Positions 47,050 to 55,634 of a DNA stretch of 64,000 bases are shown one piece after another; the first letter of the stretch is position 1; every line of letters begins with the position of its first letter. Source of the DNA: a virus; the IMG/VR virus record IMGVR_UViG_3300045999_008055, one strand, 5' to 3'. The translations under genes and the position numbers were made by a program. The notes beneath the pieces were generated by a model. That model was not told the origin of the DNA, did no database searches, and saw only the letters and a list, made by a program, of their open reading frames with translations.

Positions 47050-47777
47050 AAAATATATTAATTTCTACAATTATTAGAAATAGAAAAAATTTTTTACATA
47101 ATTGGTACGAACAGATAAAAAGTATTGTAGCGCTTGATAAGCAAAACAATTATTATCTTTCTGTATACGAAAATGATTCAACAGACGGAACACAAGATAT
47201 ATTAAAAAACTTAGATTTTTCTTTCTTTTCAGATTTTAATATAAAATTAGAAATATTAAATACTCCTTCTTTTGGTAGCGTAGTTAATGAAGAAAGAGTA
47301 AAACTTTTATCGGAAGCAAGAAATCAAACAATTTATAATAATAAATTACTAGAGAAATGTTCTCATATATTAGTTGTAGAACCAGACGTAAAATATGAAC
47401 CTAAAACATTAATAGATAATATTATAAATAATGGAGACTACGATATAATTTCCCCTAGAAGCGTAGAGATTAATGATGACAAACATCATTATCTTTATGA
47501 CGATTGGGGGACAAGACAGAATCCAGATTCTAGATCTTGGCATATTTTTAATCCTATTATTCTGAGAAATTTAGGTTTAATAAATGTTTGGACAACATTT
47601 AACTGCTTCTGCTTCTATAAATCGGAACCTTTTAAAAGATTTTTGACGTTTGGATATTTCAATGAGAGATTTAATACATTTGATTGTGATACGGCAGTAG
47701 TTTGTGAAAACTTTAGAAAATATGGTTATTCAAATATTGTCTTAAATTCTTCAGTCGAAGTATATCATTCTAGATGA
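47046..47777 (+). CDS. GT-A glycosyltransferase
   Basis: YENDSTDGT, LSEARN and YDDWGTR. Confidence 0.7.
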   Translation: MKNILISTIIRNRKNFLHNWYEQIKSIVALDKQNNYYLSVYENDSTDGTQDILKNLDFSFFSDFNIKLEILNTPSFGSVVNEERVKLLSEARNQTIYNNKLLEKCSHILVVEPDVKYEPKTLIDNIINNGDYDIISPRSVEINDDKHHYLYDDWGTRQNPDSRSWHIFNPIILRNLGLINVWTTFNCFCFYKSEPFKRFLTFGYFNERFNTFDCDTAVVCENFRKYGYSNIVLNSSVEVYHSR

Positions 47778-47820
47778 TTTACTTGACAAATTATTAAAAA
47801 TAATATAATTTATATATATA

Positions 47821-48165
47821 TTGAATAAGACAAACCATAAACTTTGCCAATTTATAGTAAAAAAATTTGTTAAAGGAAATATTAATTGGCCAAGAGAAAT
47901 CAAAATAGCTCAAAAATTAATAAAGAAATTTAATTCATTTAATTTTTGGGACAATCTTCAAGATCTAAAAGCACCACCACCTTCACTTGCTTGGTTTCTA
48001 AAATCAGAAGGTAAAGCTTTCCTCTTAAAGGAATACGAAGCATTTAATTTAAATTTAAATAAAAATATTATTAAATTACAAGAAAATAAAGCTCAAGATG
48101 ATAAAAACATTTGCAAAAAACCTAAAACCTTGCTAGAATTTATAAGATATGGGAAGAAAACCTAA
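47821..48165 (+). CDS. Hypothetical protein
   Basis: 114-aa ORF behind TTGACA at 47783; overlaps recA. Confidence 0.65.
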   Translation: MNKTNHKLCQFIVKKFVKGNINWPREIKIAQKLIKKFNSFNFWDNLQDLKAPPPSLAWFLKSEGKAFLLKEYEAFNLNLNKNIIKLQENKAQDDKNICKKPKTLLEFIRYGKKT

Positions 48166-49291
48166 AGAAGAAATCGTTGAATCATCTGGTCCAAGTGCAT
48201 CAGATAGACTATTATCATTTCTAAAAGATAATAAAGAAGATCATTATAATTTTGAAGATGAAGTTTATTATAAAGTTTCTACTGGTAGTCTAAATTTAGA
48301 TATTGCTACTGGAGGTGGACTTTGCCCAGGACTTCATAGATTCATTGGAATGAATGAAGGTGGTAAAACATCAGAAGCACTAGAAGTAACAAAGAACTTT
48401 CTCAAAACAGTAGAAAATTCCAGAGCTTTACTTTTTAAAGCCGAAGGAAGATTAAGTAAAGAAATTAAAGAGCGATCTGGGATTAAGTTTGTAACAGATC
48501 CTAAAGAATGGGTTGATGGAACTTGTTTTGTATTTGAATGTAATATCTTTGAAACAGTTTCAGAATTAATGAAAGATCTTATTCAATCTAATGATGAAGA
48601 TAAAAGGTATATGTTTATTCTCGATTCAGTTGATGGGTTGATGACTAAAGGTGATGCTCAAAAAAGCATGACAGAAGCAACAAAAGTTGCTGGAGGAGCA
48701 GTTATCTCGTCAATGTTAATGAAAAAGATTTCTCTTGCACTTTCTAAGCGTGGACATATGGCTATTTTTATAAGTCAAGTACGATCTGATATTAAACTTG
48801 ATCCTTATGCCGCAAATAAAGATATTCGTCAAACTACTGCTACTGGCGGAAATGCATTATTGCATTTTGCTAATTGGATTCTCGAATTTGAACCAAAGTT
48901 TAATAAAGATTTAATTTTAGAAAAACCAAATGATAAATATGATCCAATTAAAAATAAAATTATTGGTCATAATGTTAAGATCGTAATTAAAAAATCCACT
49001 AATGAATCAACAAACTCTAAAGTTCAATATCCAATTAAATATGGCCGTAAAGATGGATCTTCTGTTTGGAGAGAATACGAAGTCATTGACCAAATCCTTT
49101 CTTGGGAATTCGCAACTGCAAAAGGCGCATGGGTTACTTTCTCAGATGAGATTATCGAAGAACTTAAGAACGCTAATTTAGAATTAAAGAAGCAACACCA
49201 AGGCATTGATAATCTAAGATCTTATCTAGAAGAAAATAAACCAATCGTAGATTATTTTTATAATAAATTTATTAAAACTCTTGCGTCATGA
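48149..49291 (+). CDS. recA: RecA/UvsX-like recombinase
   Basis: STGSLNLDIATGGG, Walker A GMNEGGKTS, ILDSV, FISQVR, TGGNALLHFA and KGAW. Confidence 0.9.
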   Translation: MGRKPKEEIVESSGPSASDRLLSFLKDNKEDHYNFEDEVYYKVSTGSLNLDIATGGGLCPGLHRFIGMNEGGKTSEALEVTKNFLKTVENSRALLFKAEGRLSKEIKERSGIKFVTDPKEWVDGTCFVFECNIFETVSELMKDLIQSNDEDKRYMFILDSVDGLMTKGDAQKSMTEATKVAGGAVISSMLMKKISLALSKRGHMAIFISQVRSDIKLDPYAANKDIRQTTATGGNALLHFANWILEFEPKFNKDLILEKPNDKYDPIKNKIIGHNVKIVIKKSTNESTNSKVQYPIKYGRKDGSSVWREYEVIDQILSWEFATAKGAWVTFSDEIIEELKNANLELKKQHQGIDNLRSYLEENKPIVDYFYNKFIKTLAS

Positions 49292-49707
49292 GATTATTAA
49301 ATATTAACGGCAAACTCGTTAATAAGAACGTAAGAGATTATCTTGTAGATTGGGATGGAAAATGCAGAAGTAAATTGCAGTTTAAATTTAAGCAATTCTT
49401 TTATCCTTATTGGAAAAATCATATTGTTTATGAAGAATTTCCAGTTTATGGAACTATGCTTAAGGTTGATATATTAAATGCAACAAAAAAGATTGCCGTT
49501 GAGATCCAAGGAGATCAACATGAATCATTTAATAAATTTTTCCATAACAACTCTAGATTAAAATATTTAAATAGCATAAAAAGAGATGTAAAAAAAGAAA
49601 AATGGCTTGAATTAAATGGATTTAAATTCTTGGAATTGTATGAAAATGATTTAAAAAATTTATCACCACAATATATAGAAGAAAAATGCGGAATTCTTAT
49701 TATTTAA
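49288..49707 (+). CDS. Vsr/DUF559-like PD-(D/E)XK endonuclease
   Basis: EEFPV, VDI, AVEIQGDQH and RDVKKEKWLELNG. Confidence 0.8.
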   Translation: MRLLNINGKLVNKNVRDYLVDWDGKCRSKLQFKFKQFFYPYWKNHIVYEEFPVYGTMLKVDILNATKKIAVEIQGDQHESFNKFFHNNSRLKYLNSIKRDVKKEKWLELNGFKFLELYENDLKNLSPQYIEEKCGILII

Positions 49708-49716
49708 GTGTAAAAA

Positions 49717-49998
49717 ATGGTAGTGACTAATAAGAAAAAATTTAAAGTACCAGATTCTCTTTTAAAGCAAATTGATGAATGCAGTTTTGGCGGGTACATA
49801 ATGTTTAATTTTTCAAATAAAGGTGAACCACAGGTTTTCACAAAGTTTGATAATCAAATAAATGCTATGGCACTTTTATATTATGTTAATACTTGGAGTC
49901 AAAGTATTGATCAATTAAACCTAGAAGCAACAACAGATTTAATAGCAAGAAAAAATTTAGATGACGATGATTTAGATTCTCCAGAAGAAGAAAATTAA
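49717..49998 (+). CDS. Hypothetical protein with an acidic tail
   Basis: 93-aa ORF with GTGTAA upstream. Confidence 0.65.
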   Translation: MVVTNKKKFKVPDSLLKQIDECSFGGYIMFNFSNKGEPQVFTKFDNQINAMALLYYVNTWSQSIDQLNLEATTDLIARKNLDDDDLDSPEEEN

Positions 49999-50003
49999 AA
50001 CAC

Positions 50004-50032
50004 TTGACTTTTAATTTTTACTTTGGTATCAT
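50004..50032 (+). promoter_or_regulatory. Sigma70-like promoter of the dnaB-thyX-primase operon
   Basis: TTGACT-17 nt-TATCAT with an extended TGn. Confidence 0.7.
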
Positions 50033-50042
50033 CTATAATTGA

Positions 50043-51527
50043 ATGATATATTCGTTACAAGTAGAAAGACATGTATTAAGCGGACTTTTAAAGCATCAAG
50101 ATCTCTTTGCAGATATTGATGTTTTTCTAACCGAGAATGATTTTTATAATGATGTTCATGCATCAATATATACTGTCTTTAAAAATATAAAACATAGAGG
50201 CGAAAATGTAGATAAAGTATTATTAGCCGAAAAGATTAAAAATTTAGGTATTACATTTAAAGATGAAATAAATATATTTGATTATATTGATAATTTAAGC
50301 TTCTCTCAAATAACCGAAGAAGCCACAATGAATGCGTGTAAGGAGTTGATTAAATTAAGAATTCGTAGAGAGATATCTCAAACCGCAGACAAATTAAAAG
50401 AATATGTAAATAAGAATTCCGAAGATTCAGTAGATCAAATTATAGGTAAGATAGATCATATTTATAATAAAAAGATTTCAGCATACTCAGAAAATGATAT
50501 GCCTATTAATATTTTTGCAGAAGTCGAAGACCTTGTAGAAGAAATTGGTAATACTCCAAAAGATGATACTGGATTAATAACTCCATATTCAGAATTTAAT
50601 AGAATGTATGGCGGTTTAAAGAACGGTAATATTTACGCTATTGCAAGTAGGCCAGGTCAAGGTAAATCTACTTGGCTTAATGACATTTGTTTTAAAACTT
50701 CAATTAACCCTAAAAATAAAACTAAAACATTAATTCTTGATACAGAAATGCAAACAGTGGATATTCAATTAAGAATGGTCGCATCATTAACAGATGTTCC
50801 AGTTTGGTATCTTGAAACTGGAAATTGGCGTAAGAATGAAGAGATGACCAAGAAAGTTAGAGCTGCTTGGGCAAAAGTAAAAACCTATGAATATTTTCAT
50901 TACCATGTAGGCAATAAGAATATTGATCAAGTATGTTCTATTATTCGTAGATGGTATCTTTCTAAAGTTGGGCGTGGAAATCAAGCGATGATTGCGTATG
51001 ATTATATTAAATTAACTGGCGAAAAAGTCAGCCAAAATTGGGCAGAGCATCAAGCCATTGGCGAAAAGATTGATAAACTAAAAAGAATATCAGAAGAAAT
51101 ACATTGCCCAATAATAACTGCTATGCAATTAAATAGGACTGGAGAAAATTTCAATCGTAATTCAAATAACGTTGTTGATGATAGTTCTGTAATTTCTCTA
51201 TCAGACAGACTTCAATGGTTTGCATCATTCGTGGCTATCTTTAGGAGAAAAACTCTTGACGAGGTAACTCTCGATGGTCAAGCATTTGGAACACATAAAT
51301 TAATTCCAACAAAAACTAGATTTCAAGGTAAAGACGCAGCTGGACATCAAGATTTAGTCAGGAGACTAGATTCTGCTGGTAAAGAAATTTGGGCACAAAA
51401 TTATCTTAATTATCAAGTAACTAATTTTAATATAGAAGAACGAGGTTCTTTAAGAGATGTAGCAGAGAGACAAAGAGAACAATATGAACTCACCGACCAA
51501 AATGCAAATGATGGAGAATTATTATGA
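50043..51527 (+). CDS. dnaB: Replicative DNA helicase
   Basis: ERHVLSGLL, ASRPGQGKST, DTEM, YDYIKL and TAMQLNR. Confidence 0.92.
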   Translation: MIYSLQVERHVLSGLLKHQDLFADIDVFLTENDFYNDVHASIYTVFKNIKHRGENVDKVLLAEKIKNLGITFKDEINIFDYIDNLSFSQITEEATMNACKELIKLRIRREISQTADKLKEYVNKNSEDSVDQIIGKIDHIYNKKISAYSENDMPINIFAEVEDLVEEIGNTPKDDTGLITPYSEFNRMYGGLKNGNIYAIASRPGQGKSTWLNDICFKTSINPKNKTKTLILDTEMQTVDIQLRMVASLTDVPVWYLETGNWRKNEEMTKKVRAAWAKVKTYEYFHYHVGNKNIDQVCSIIRRWYLSKVGRGNQAMIAYDYIKLTGEKVSQNWAEHQAIGEKIDKLKRISEEIHCPIITAMQLNRTGENFNRNSNNVVDDSSVISLSDRLQWFASFVAIFRRKTLDEVTLDGQAFGTHKLIPTKTRFQGKDAAGHQDLVRRLDSAGKEIWAQNYLNYQVTNFNIEERGSLRDVAERQREQYELTDQNANDGELL

Positions 51528-52180
51528 ACGTAGAATTAATATCAATAACAAAACCAGAAATTAAAGGAATTAAAAACGCGGAAGATCTTGTTGCGTTCTG
51601 CGCCAGAGTTAGTAATCCATCTAATCAGATGAATACAGAGACTGCTCCAAAACTTTTAAAGTTTCTAATAAAACATAAACATTGGAGTCCATTTGAATTA
51701 GTTGATATGTGTGTCGAAATTAAGACTAGTCGTGGTATTGCTGCTCAAATTCTTAGACATAGATCATTTAGCTTTCAAGAATTTAGTCAAAGATATAGCG
51801 TCGCCAATGAATTCGAAGATATTGAACTTCGTCTACAGGGAGATAAAAATAGACAAGTTGGTGAAAAATTAATGCCAATAGAGACGGACGCTTATGATAA
51901 GGTCAATGAATTACTAGTAGAATCATTATCTTTATCTCAACATTGTTATGAAACTATGATAGAAAATGGCGTTGCAAAGGAAGTCGCCAGAATGATATTA
52001 CCCTTAACAACACAAACGACTATGTACATGAAAGGTTCATTAAGAAGTTGGATTCATTATATTGAATTAAGAACCGAACAAAATACTCAGAAAGAACATA
52101 GACAGATCGCTGAAAGATGTAAAAAAATATTTGTTAAGGAATTTCCTACAATAAGCGAGGCCCTAGAATGGACGAAGTAA
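51524..52180 (+). CDS. thyX: Flavin-dependent thymidylate synthase
   Basis: HWSPFE, RHRSFSFQEFSQRY and EVARMILP. Confidence 0.95.
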   Translation: MNVELISITKPEIKGIKNAEDLVAFCARVSNPSNQMNTETAPKLLKFLIKHKHWSPFELVDMCVEIKTSRGIAAQILRHRSFSFQEFSQRYSVANEFEDIELRLQGDKNRQVGEKLMPIETDAYDKVNELLVESLSLSQHCYETMIENGVAKEVARMILPLTTQTTMYMKGSLRSWIHYIELRTEQNTQKEHRQIAERCKKIFVKEFPTISEALEWTK

Positions 52181-53073
52181 ATGTATATCAAATCCTAACT
52201 GATCTAGGATATAAATTAAAAGACTATGGTAAAGAGTACAGAACTAAACCTTTGTATAGAGAGAGCGATAACGATACTGTTTTAAAGATATATAAAGATT
52301 CTGGACATTGGTTTGATTTTAAAGAAAATATTAGTGGTGATTTTAATTCTTTAGTCAGCATGACCCTTAAATTAGAAAGTCCATCTAAAGCGAAAGAATG
52401 GTTAAAAGATAAAAATTTTTCTTTCTCTCGATCATTTGAACCAACAAAACCTTTATTGAAATCTACAAAAAAATTTGATATAGAGATTCTTCAAAACCTT
52501 GAACTAAATCATCAATATTGGAATAAAAGAAATATCATGGATGAAACTTTAAGTCAATTTAAAGGTGGCGTTGCTAAAGCTGGTAAGATGAAAAATAGAT
52601 ATGTTTTTCCGATATTTGATATCAATAATAATATTATTGGTTTTTCTGGCCGCGACATAACAAACCTATCAAAAATAAAATGGAAACATCTAGGAGAAAA
52701 GAATGATTTTCTCTATCCATTATTTTTAAATTCAAGTCAAATAGAAGCCCAAAAAGAAATAATCCTTGTTGAAAGTATTGGTGATATGCTAAGTTTATAC
52801 CAAGCTGGAATTAAAAATGTTTTAGTTACATTTGGCACAAATCTTAGTTTATCAATTTTAAATTATTGTTTAAAGATTGATATGAAAAAAATCTATATAA
52901 GTTTGAACAATGATTCTAACAAAAACAATGCAGGAAATATTGCGGCGGAAAAAACTCACGCCAGACTAAAAAGATATTTTGACGATAAGCAACTAAAAAT
53001 ATCATTGCCAACAAAAAAAGACTTTGGAGAAATGACTAAAGAAGAAATTTTACAATGGAAAACAAATCTTTAA
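52168..53073 (+). CDS. dnaG: DnaG-type DNA primase with a Cys-free zinc-binding-like domain
   Basis: NRYVFPI...IGFSGR, TOPRIM LVESIGD and KKDFGE. Confidence 0.85.
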   Translation: MDEVNVYQILTDLGYKLKDYGKEYRTKPLYRESDNDTVLKIYKDSGHWFDFKENISGDFNSLVSMTLKLESPSKAKEWLKDKNFSFSRSFEPTKPLLKSTKKFDIEILQNLELNHQYWNKRNIMDETLSQFKGGVAKAGKMKNRYVFPIFDINNNIIGFSGRDITNLSKIKWKHLGEKNDFLYPLFLNSSQIEAQKEIILVESIGDMLSLYQAGIKNVLVTFGTNLSLSILNYCLKIDMKKIYISLNNDSNKNNAGNIAAEKTHARLKRYFDDKQLKISLPTKKDFGEMTKEEILQWKTNL

Positions 53074-53999
53074 AAGTATTATCAGCATCTAGAATAAAAA
53101 CTCTTGAGACTTGCTCTTGGGTCTATTGGAATAACTACCATACTAAAGTTCCACAATCTCAAAATGATGGAGCATTAAGGGGTACAATCTGTCATACAAT
53201 CTTCGAACTTCTTTTAAACCCAAAACATAAGGCACATTACGATAAAATTATAAAGAAAAACTCTGTTAAAGGTAGTAAAGCAATTGCGCGACTAATAAAA
53301 AAATTAAAAGCTAAAGTTGGCCTAGATGAATCAAATTTTGAAATTTTAGATCAAATGATTATGGTTGGATTAAAGCATGACTTCTTTGGTGAAAAAGATG
53401 GCGAAATTGTATCTCCAGAGTATGCTTTTGAAATTAAAAATGATAGCCCAAAATATCATATTAAGGGCTTTATTGATAAGCCTATTAAATCAAAGAATAA
53501 AATGGTTATAATTGACTACAAAAGCTCCAAGGCTAAATTTAGAGGAGATGACCTTGAAGCAAATATTCAAGCAATGATGTATAGTTTAGCTAGTAAAAAA
53601 TTATGGCCTAAACTTAAACCCATAGTAAGGTTTCTTTTTTTAAGATTCCCTAAACAGCCAATTCAAGAACTTCAATTTACAGAAGATCAGATAAAGGGAT
53701 TTGAATATTATTTAGAACATATTAATGATTATATTAATAAATTTGATGAAAATTCTGCTAAAGCAAATTTTGCAATAGATAGCGATAAGAGTAAATGGAT
53801 GTGTGGTATTGGTAATTGGAGATGTCCATATAGAGATCCTTATGAATATTATGTTAAATTAAATACTAATAATGATATTATTGAAACTAGTATTGATGGT
53901 AAATTTAAAGATATAACAGGATTTAAGGTAGAAAAAAGAAAATATACAGGATGCCCTAAATTTAATCTACAAAAAACAAATGACGAATTTTTAGATTGA
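53055..53999 (+). CDS. Cas4/RecB-like PD-(D/E)XK exonuclease
   Basis: LSASRIKTLETC, GTICH, GFIDK, IDYKSS, QAMMY and C-terminal Cys residues. Confidence 0.85.
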   Translation: MENKSLKVLSASRIKTLETCSWVYWNNYHTKVPQSQNDGALRGTICHTIFELLLNPKHKAHYDKIIKKNSVKGSKAIARLIKKLKAKVGLDESNFEILDQMIMVGLKHDFFGEKDGEIVSPEYAFEIKNDSPKYHIKGFIDKPIKSKNKMVIIDYKSSKAKFRGDDLEANIQAMMYSLASKKLWPKLKPIVRFLFLRFPKQPIQELQFTEDQIKGFEYYLEHINDYINKFDENSAKANFAIDSDKSKWMCGIGNWRCPYRDPYEYYVKLNTNNDIIETSIDGKFKDITGFKVEKRKYTGCPKFNLQKTNDEFLD

Positions 54000-54024
54000 T
54001 TATTATTAATATCTTTGTTATACT
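53996..54024 (+). promoter_or_regulatory. Sigma70-like promoter of the polymerase operon
   Basis: TTGATT-17 nt-TATACT with TGn, ending 8 nt before ATG 54033. Confidence 0.65.
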
Positions 54025-54032
54025 AAAATAAA

Positions 54033-54779
54033 ATGATACCACTATTTAAGTCTCATTATTCTCTTGGCCGTTCTATATTAACTTTAGAAAATAAAGATGA
54101 AGCAGACGACTATCCAGATTCAATTATTCAAATTGCAAAACAAAATAATTTGAAAGAGATATTTTTAATTGAGGATAATATGTCTTCATTCCTTGAGGCT
54201 TATACAAATACAAAATTAAATAATATTAAATTAAATTATGGTCTAAGAGTTTCAATTACTGAGTCTATAAATGATAAAAGTGACGAATCTAGACAGAAAA
54301 CTTCTAAAATCATTATATTCTTTAAGAATAAAAAAGGTCACGAGTTATTAACAAAATTATTTAGTATTGCAGCGAAAACAGGTTTTTATTACGAACCAAG
54401 GCTTGATTACGAAACTTTAAATAAAAATTGGACCGATGACTTAATATTAGCTATACCATTTTATGATTCATTTATATTTAATAATACATTAAGAAATTCA
54501 ATCTGTATTCCTCAATTTAATTTTACTAAACCAATAGTATTTATTGAAAATAATGATTTACCATTTGACATAATTGTGAAAGATAAGATGGAAAGATACG
54601 CTAAAGAAAATGATCTTGAATTATATAAAGTTAAAAGCGTATACTATAATAAGAGGAAGGATTTTAAAACATATCTTACTTTTAGATGCATTAATAATAG
54701 AAGTATTTTAAATAAACCAGAATTAGAACATATGTCTAGTAATGAATTTTGTTTTGAAAGTTATCTAGGTGCAAAATAA
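54033..54779 (+). CDS. Stand-alone PHP domain of DNA polymerase III alpha (degenerate metal site)
   Basis: FKSHYSLGRS, NIKLNYG and KNKKGHELLTKLFS...GFYYEPRLD match the DnaE PHP domain. Confidence 0.85.
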   Translation: MIPLFKSHYSLGRSILTLENKDEADDYPDSIIQIAKQNNLKEIFLIEDNMSSFLEAYTNTKLNNIKLNYGLRVSITESINDKSDESRQKTSKIIIFFKNKKGHELLTKLFSIAAKTGFYYEPRLDYETLNKNWTDDLILAIPFYDSFIFNNTLRNSICIPQFNFTKPIVFIENNDLPFDIIVKDKMERYAKENDLELYKVKSVYYNKRKDFKTYLTFRCINNRSILNKPELEHMSSNEFCFESYLGAK

Positions 54780-55417
54780 TGGACGAACATTTATTAAGAT
54801 ATAATAAGAATAAAACATTAGTCTTTATAGACTGTGAAACTTTTAATCTTTGTTTAAATTTTTGTCATAATTTACCTTGGCAAATCGCAATGATTAAAGT
54901 CCAAGGAGATAAAAAGATTGATGAAAAGAATTTTTATATTAAGTGGCAAACAGATTTAAAAATAAGTCAAGATGCCGCTAGAATCACTAGATACGATCAT
55001 AAAAAAGTACAGAAGGAAGGGCAAGATCCAAAAGAGTTATTCCCAACAATTAAAGATTGGTTAGATCATGCAGACTATATTATTGGTCATAACACTTTGG
55101 GGTTTGACATTTACCTTATAAAAGAATATTATAAATACATGGGTTGTAATTGGCATCATTTAGTAAATAAATTCATTGATACAAATGCCGTCGCCCGTGG
55201 AATTAAATATGGAATACAATATAGTCCAAAAGAAAGCTTAATAGAATATCAATATAAAATATATCATACAAGGAAGAAAAATGTAAAAAGCTCATTGACA
55301 GTATTAGGCAAAGAAAATGGAATTGAACATGATTACGATAAATTGCATGATGCAATTAATGATCTTGACTTAAATTTAAAAGTATGGAATAAATTGAAAT
55401 GGCAAATAGAGGTATAA
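54779..55417 (+). CDS. DEDDh 3'-5' exonuclease (DnaQ/epsilon-like)
   Basis: FIDCET, GHNTLGFD and LHDAINDL. Confidence 0.88.
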   Translation: MDEHLLRYNKNKTLVFIDCETFNLCLNFCHNLPWQIAMIKVQGDKKIDEKNFYIKWQTDLKISQDAARITRYDHKKVQKEGQDPKELFPTIKDWLDHADYIIGHNTLGFDIYLIKEYYKYMGCNWHHLVNKFIDTNAVARGIKYGIQYSPKESLIEYQYKIYHTRKKNVKSSLTVLGKENGIEHDYDKLHDAINDLDLNLKVWNKLKWQIEV

Positions 55418-55418
55418 T

Positions 55419-55634
55419 ATGGCATCATTAGATGATATTTATGACATGATTCAGAAATTAGATGATTCAAATATAGAATATCTCTTGATTACTATTCAAA
55501 AAGGAAAGAAAAATGGGAAAGCTGATGTGTTCTATTCTCTAAAAGATAAAAATTCAATGAAGATTTTAACTCAAGGATTAAATGAATTTACAAAAGAGGT
55601 TGATAGATTAGATGATGAAGGAAAATTTGAATAA
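55419..55634 (+). CDS. Small hypothetical protein in the polymerase operon
   Basis: 71-aa ORF between the exonuclease and the polymerase core. Confidence 0.65.
   Translation: MASLDDIYDMIQKLDDSNIEYLLITIQKGKKNGKADVFYSLKDKNSMKILTQGLNEFTKEVDRLDDEGKFE

Noticed and set aside
27706-47777. Bacterial chromosomal O-antigen locus
   Set aside because: No wzx/wzy/wzm/wzt or nucleotidyltransferase gene, and the flanks are phage-type replication and virion genes with the same promoter style.
53055-53999. CRISPR-Cas locus suggested by the Cas4-like nuclease
   Set aside because: No repeat-spacer array or other cas gene was seen; the context is phage replication and recombination.
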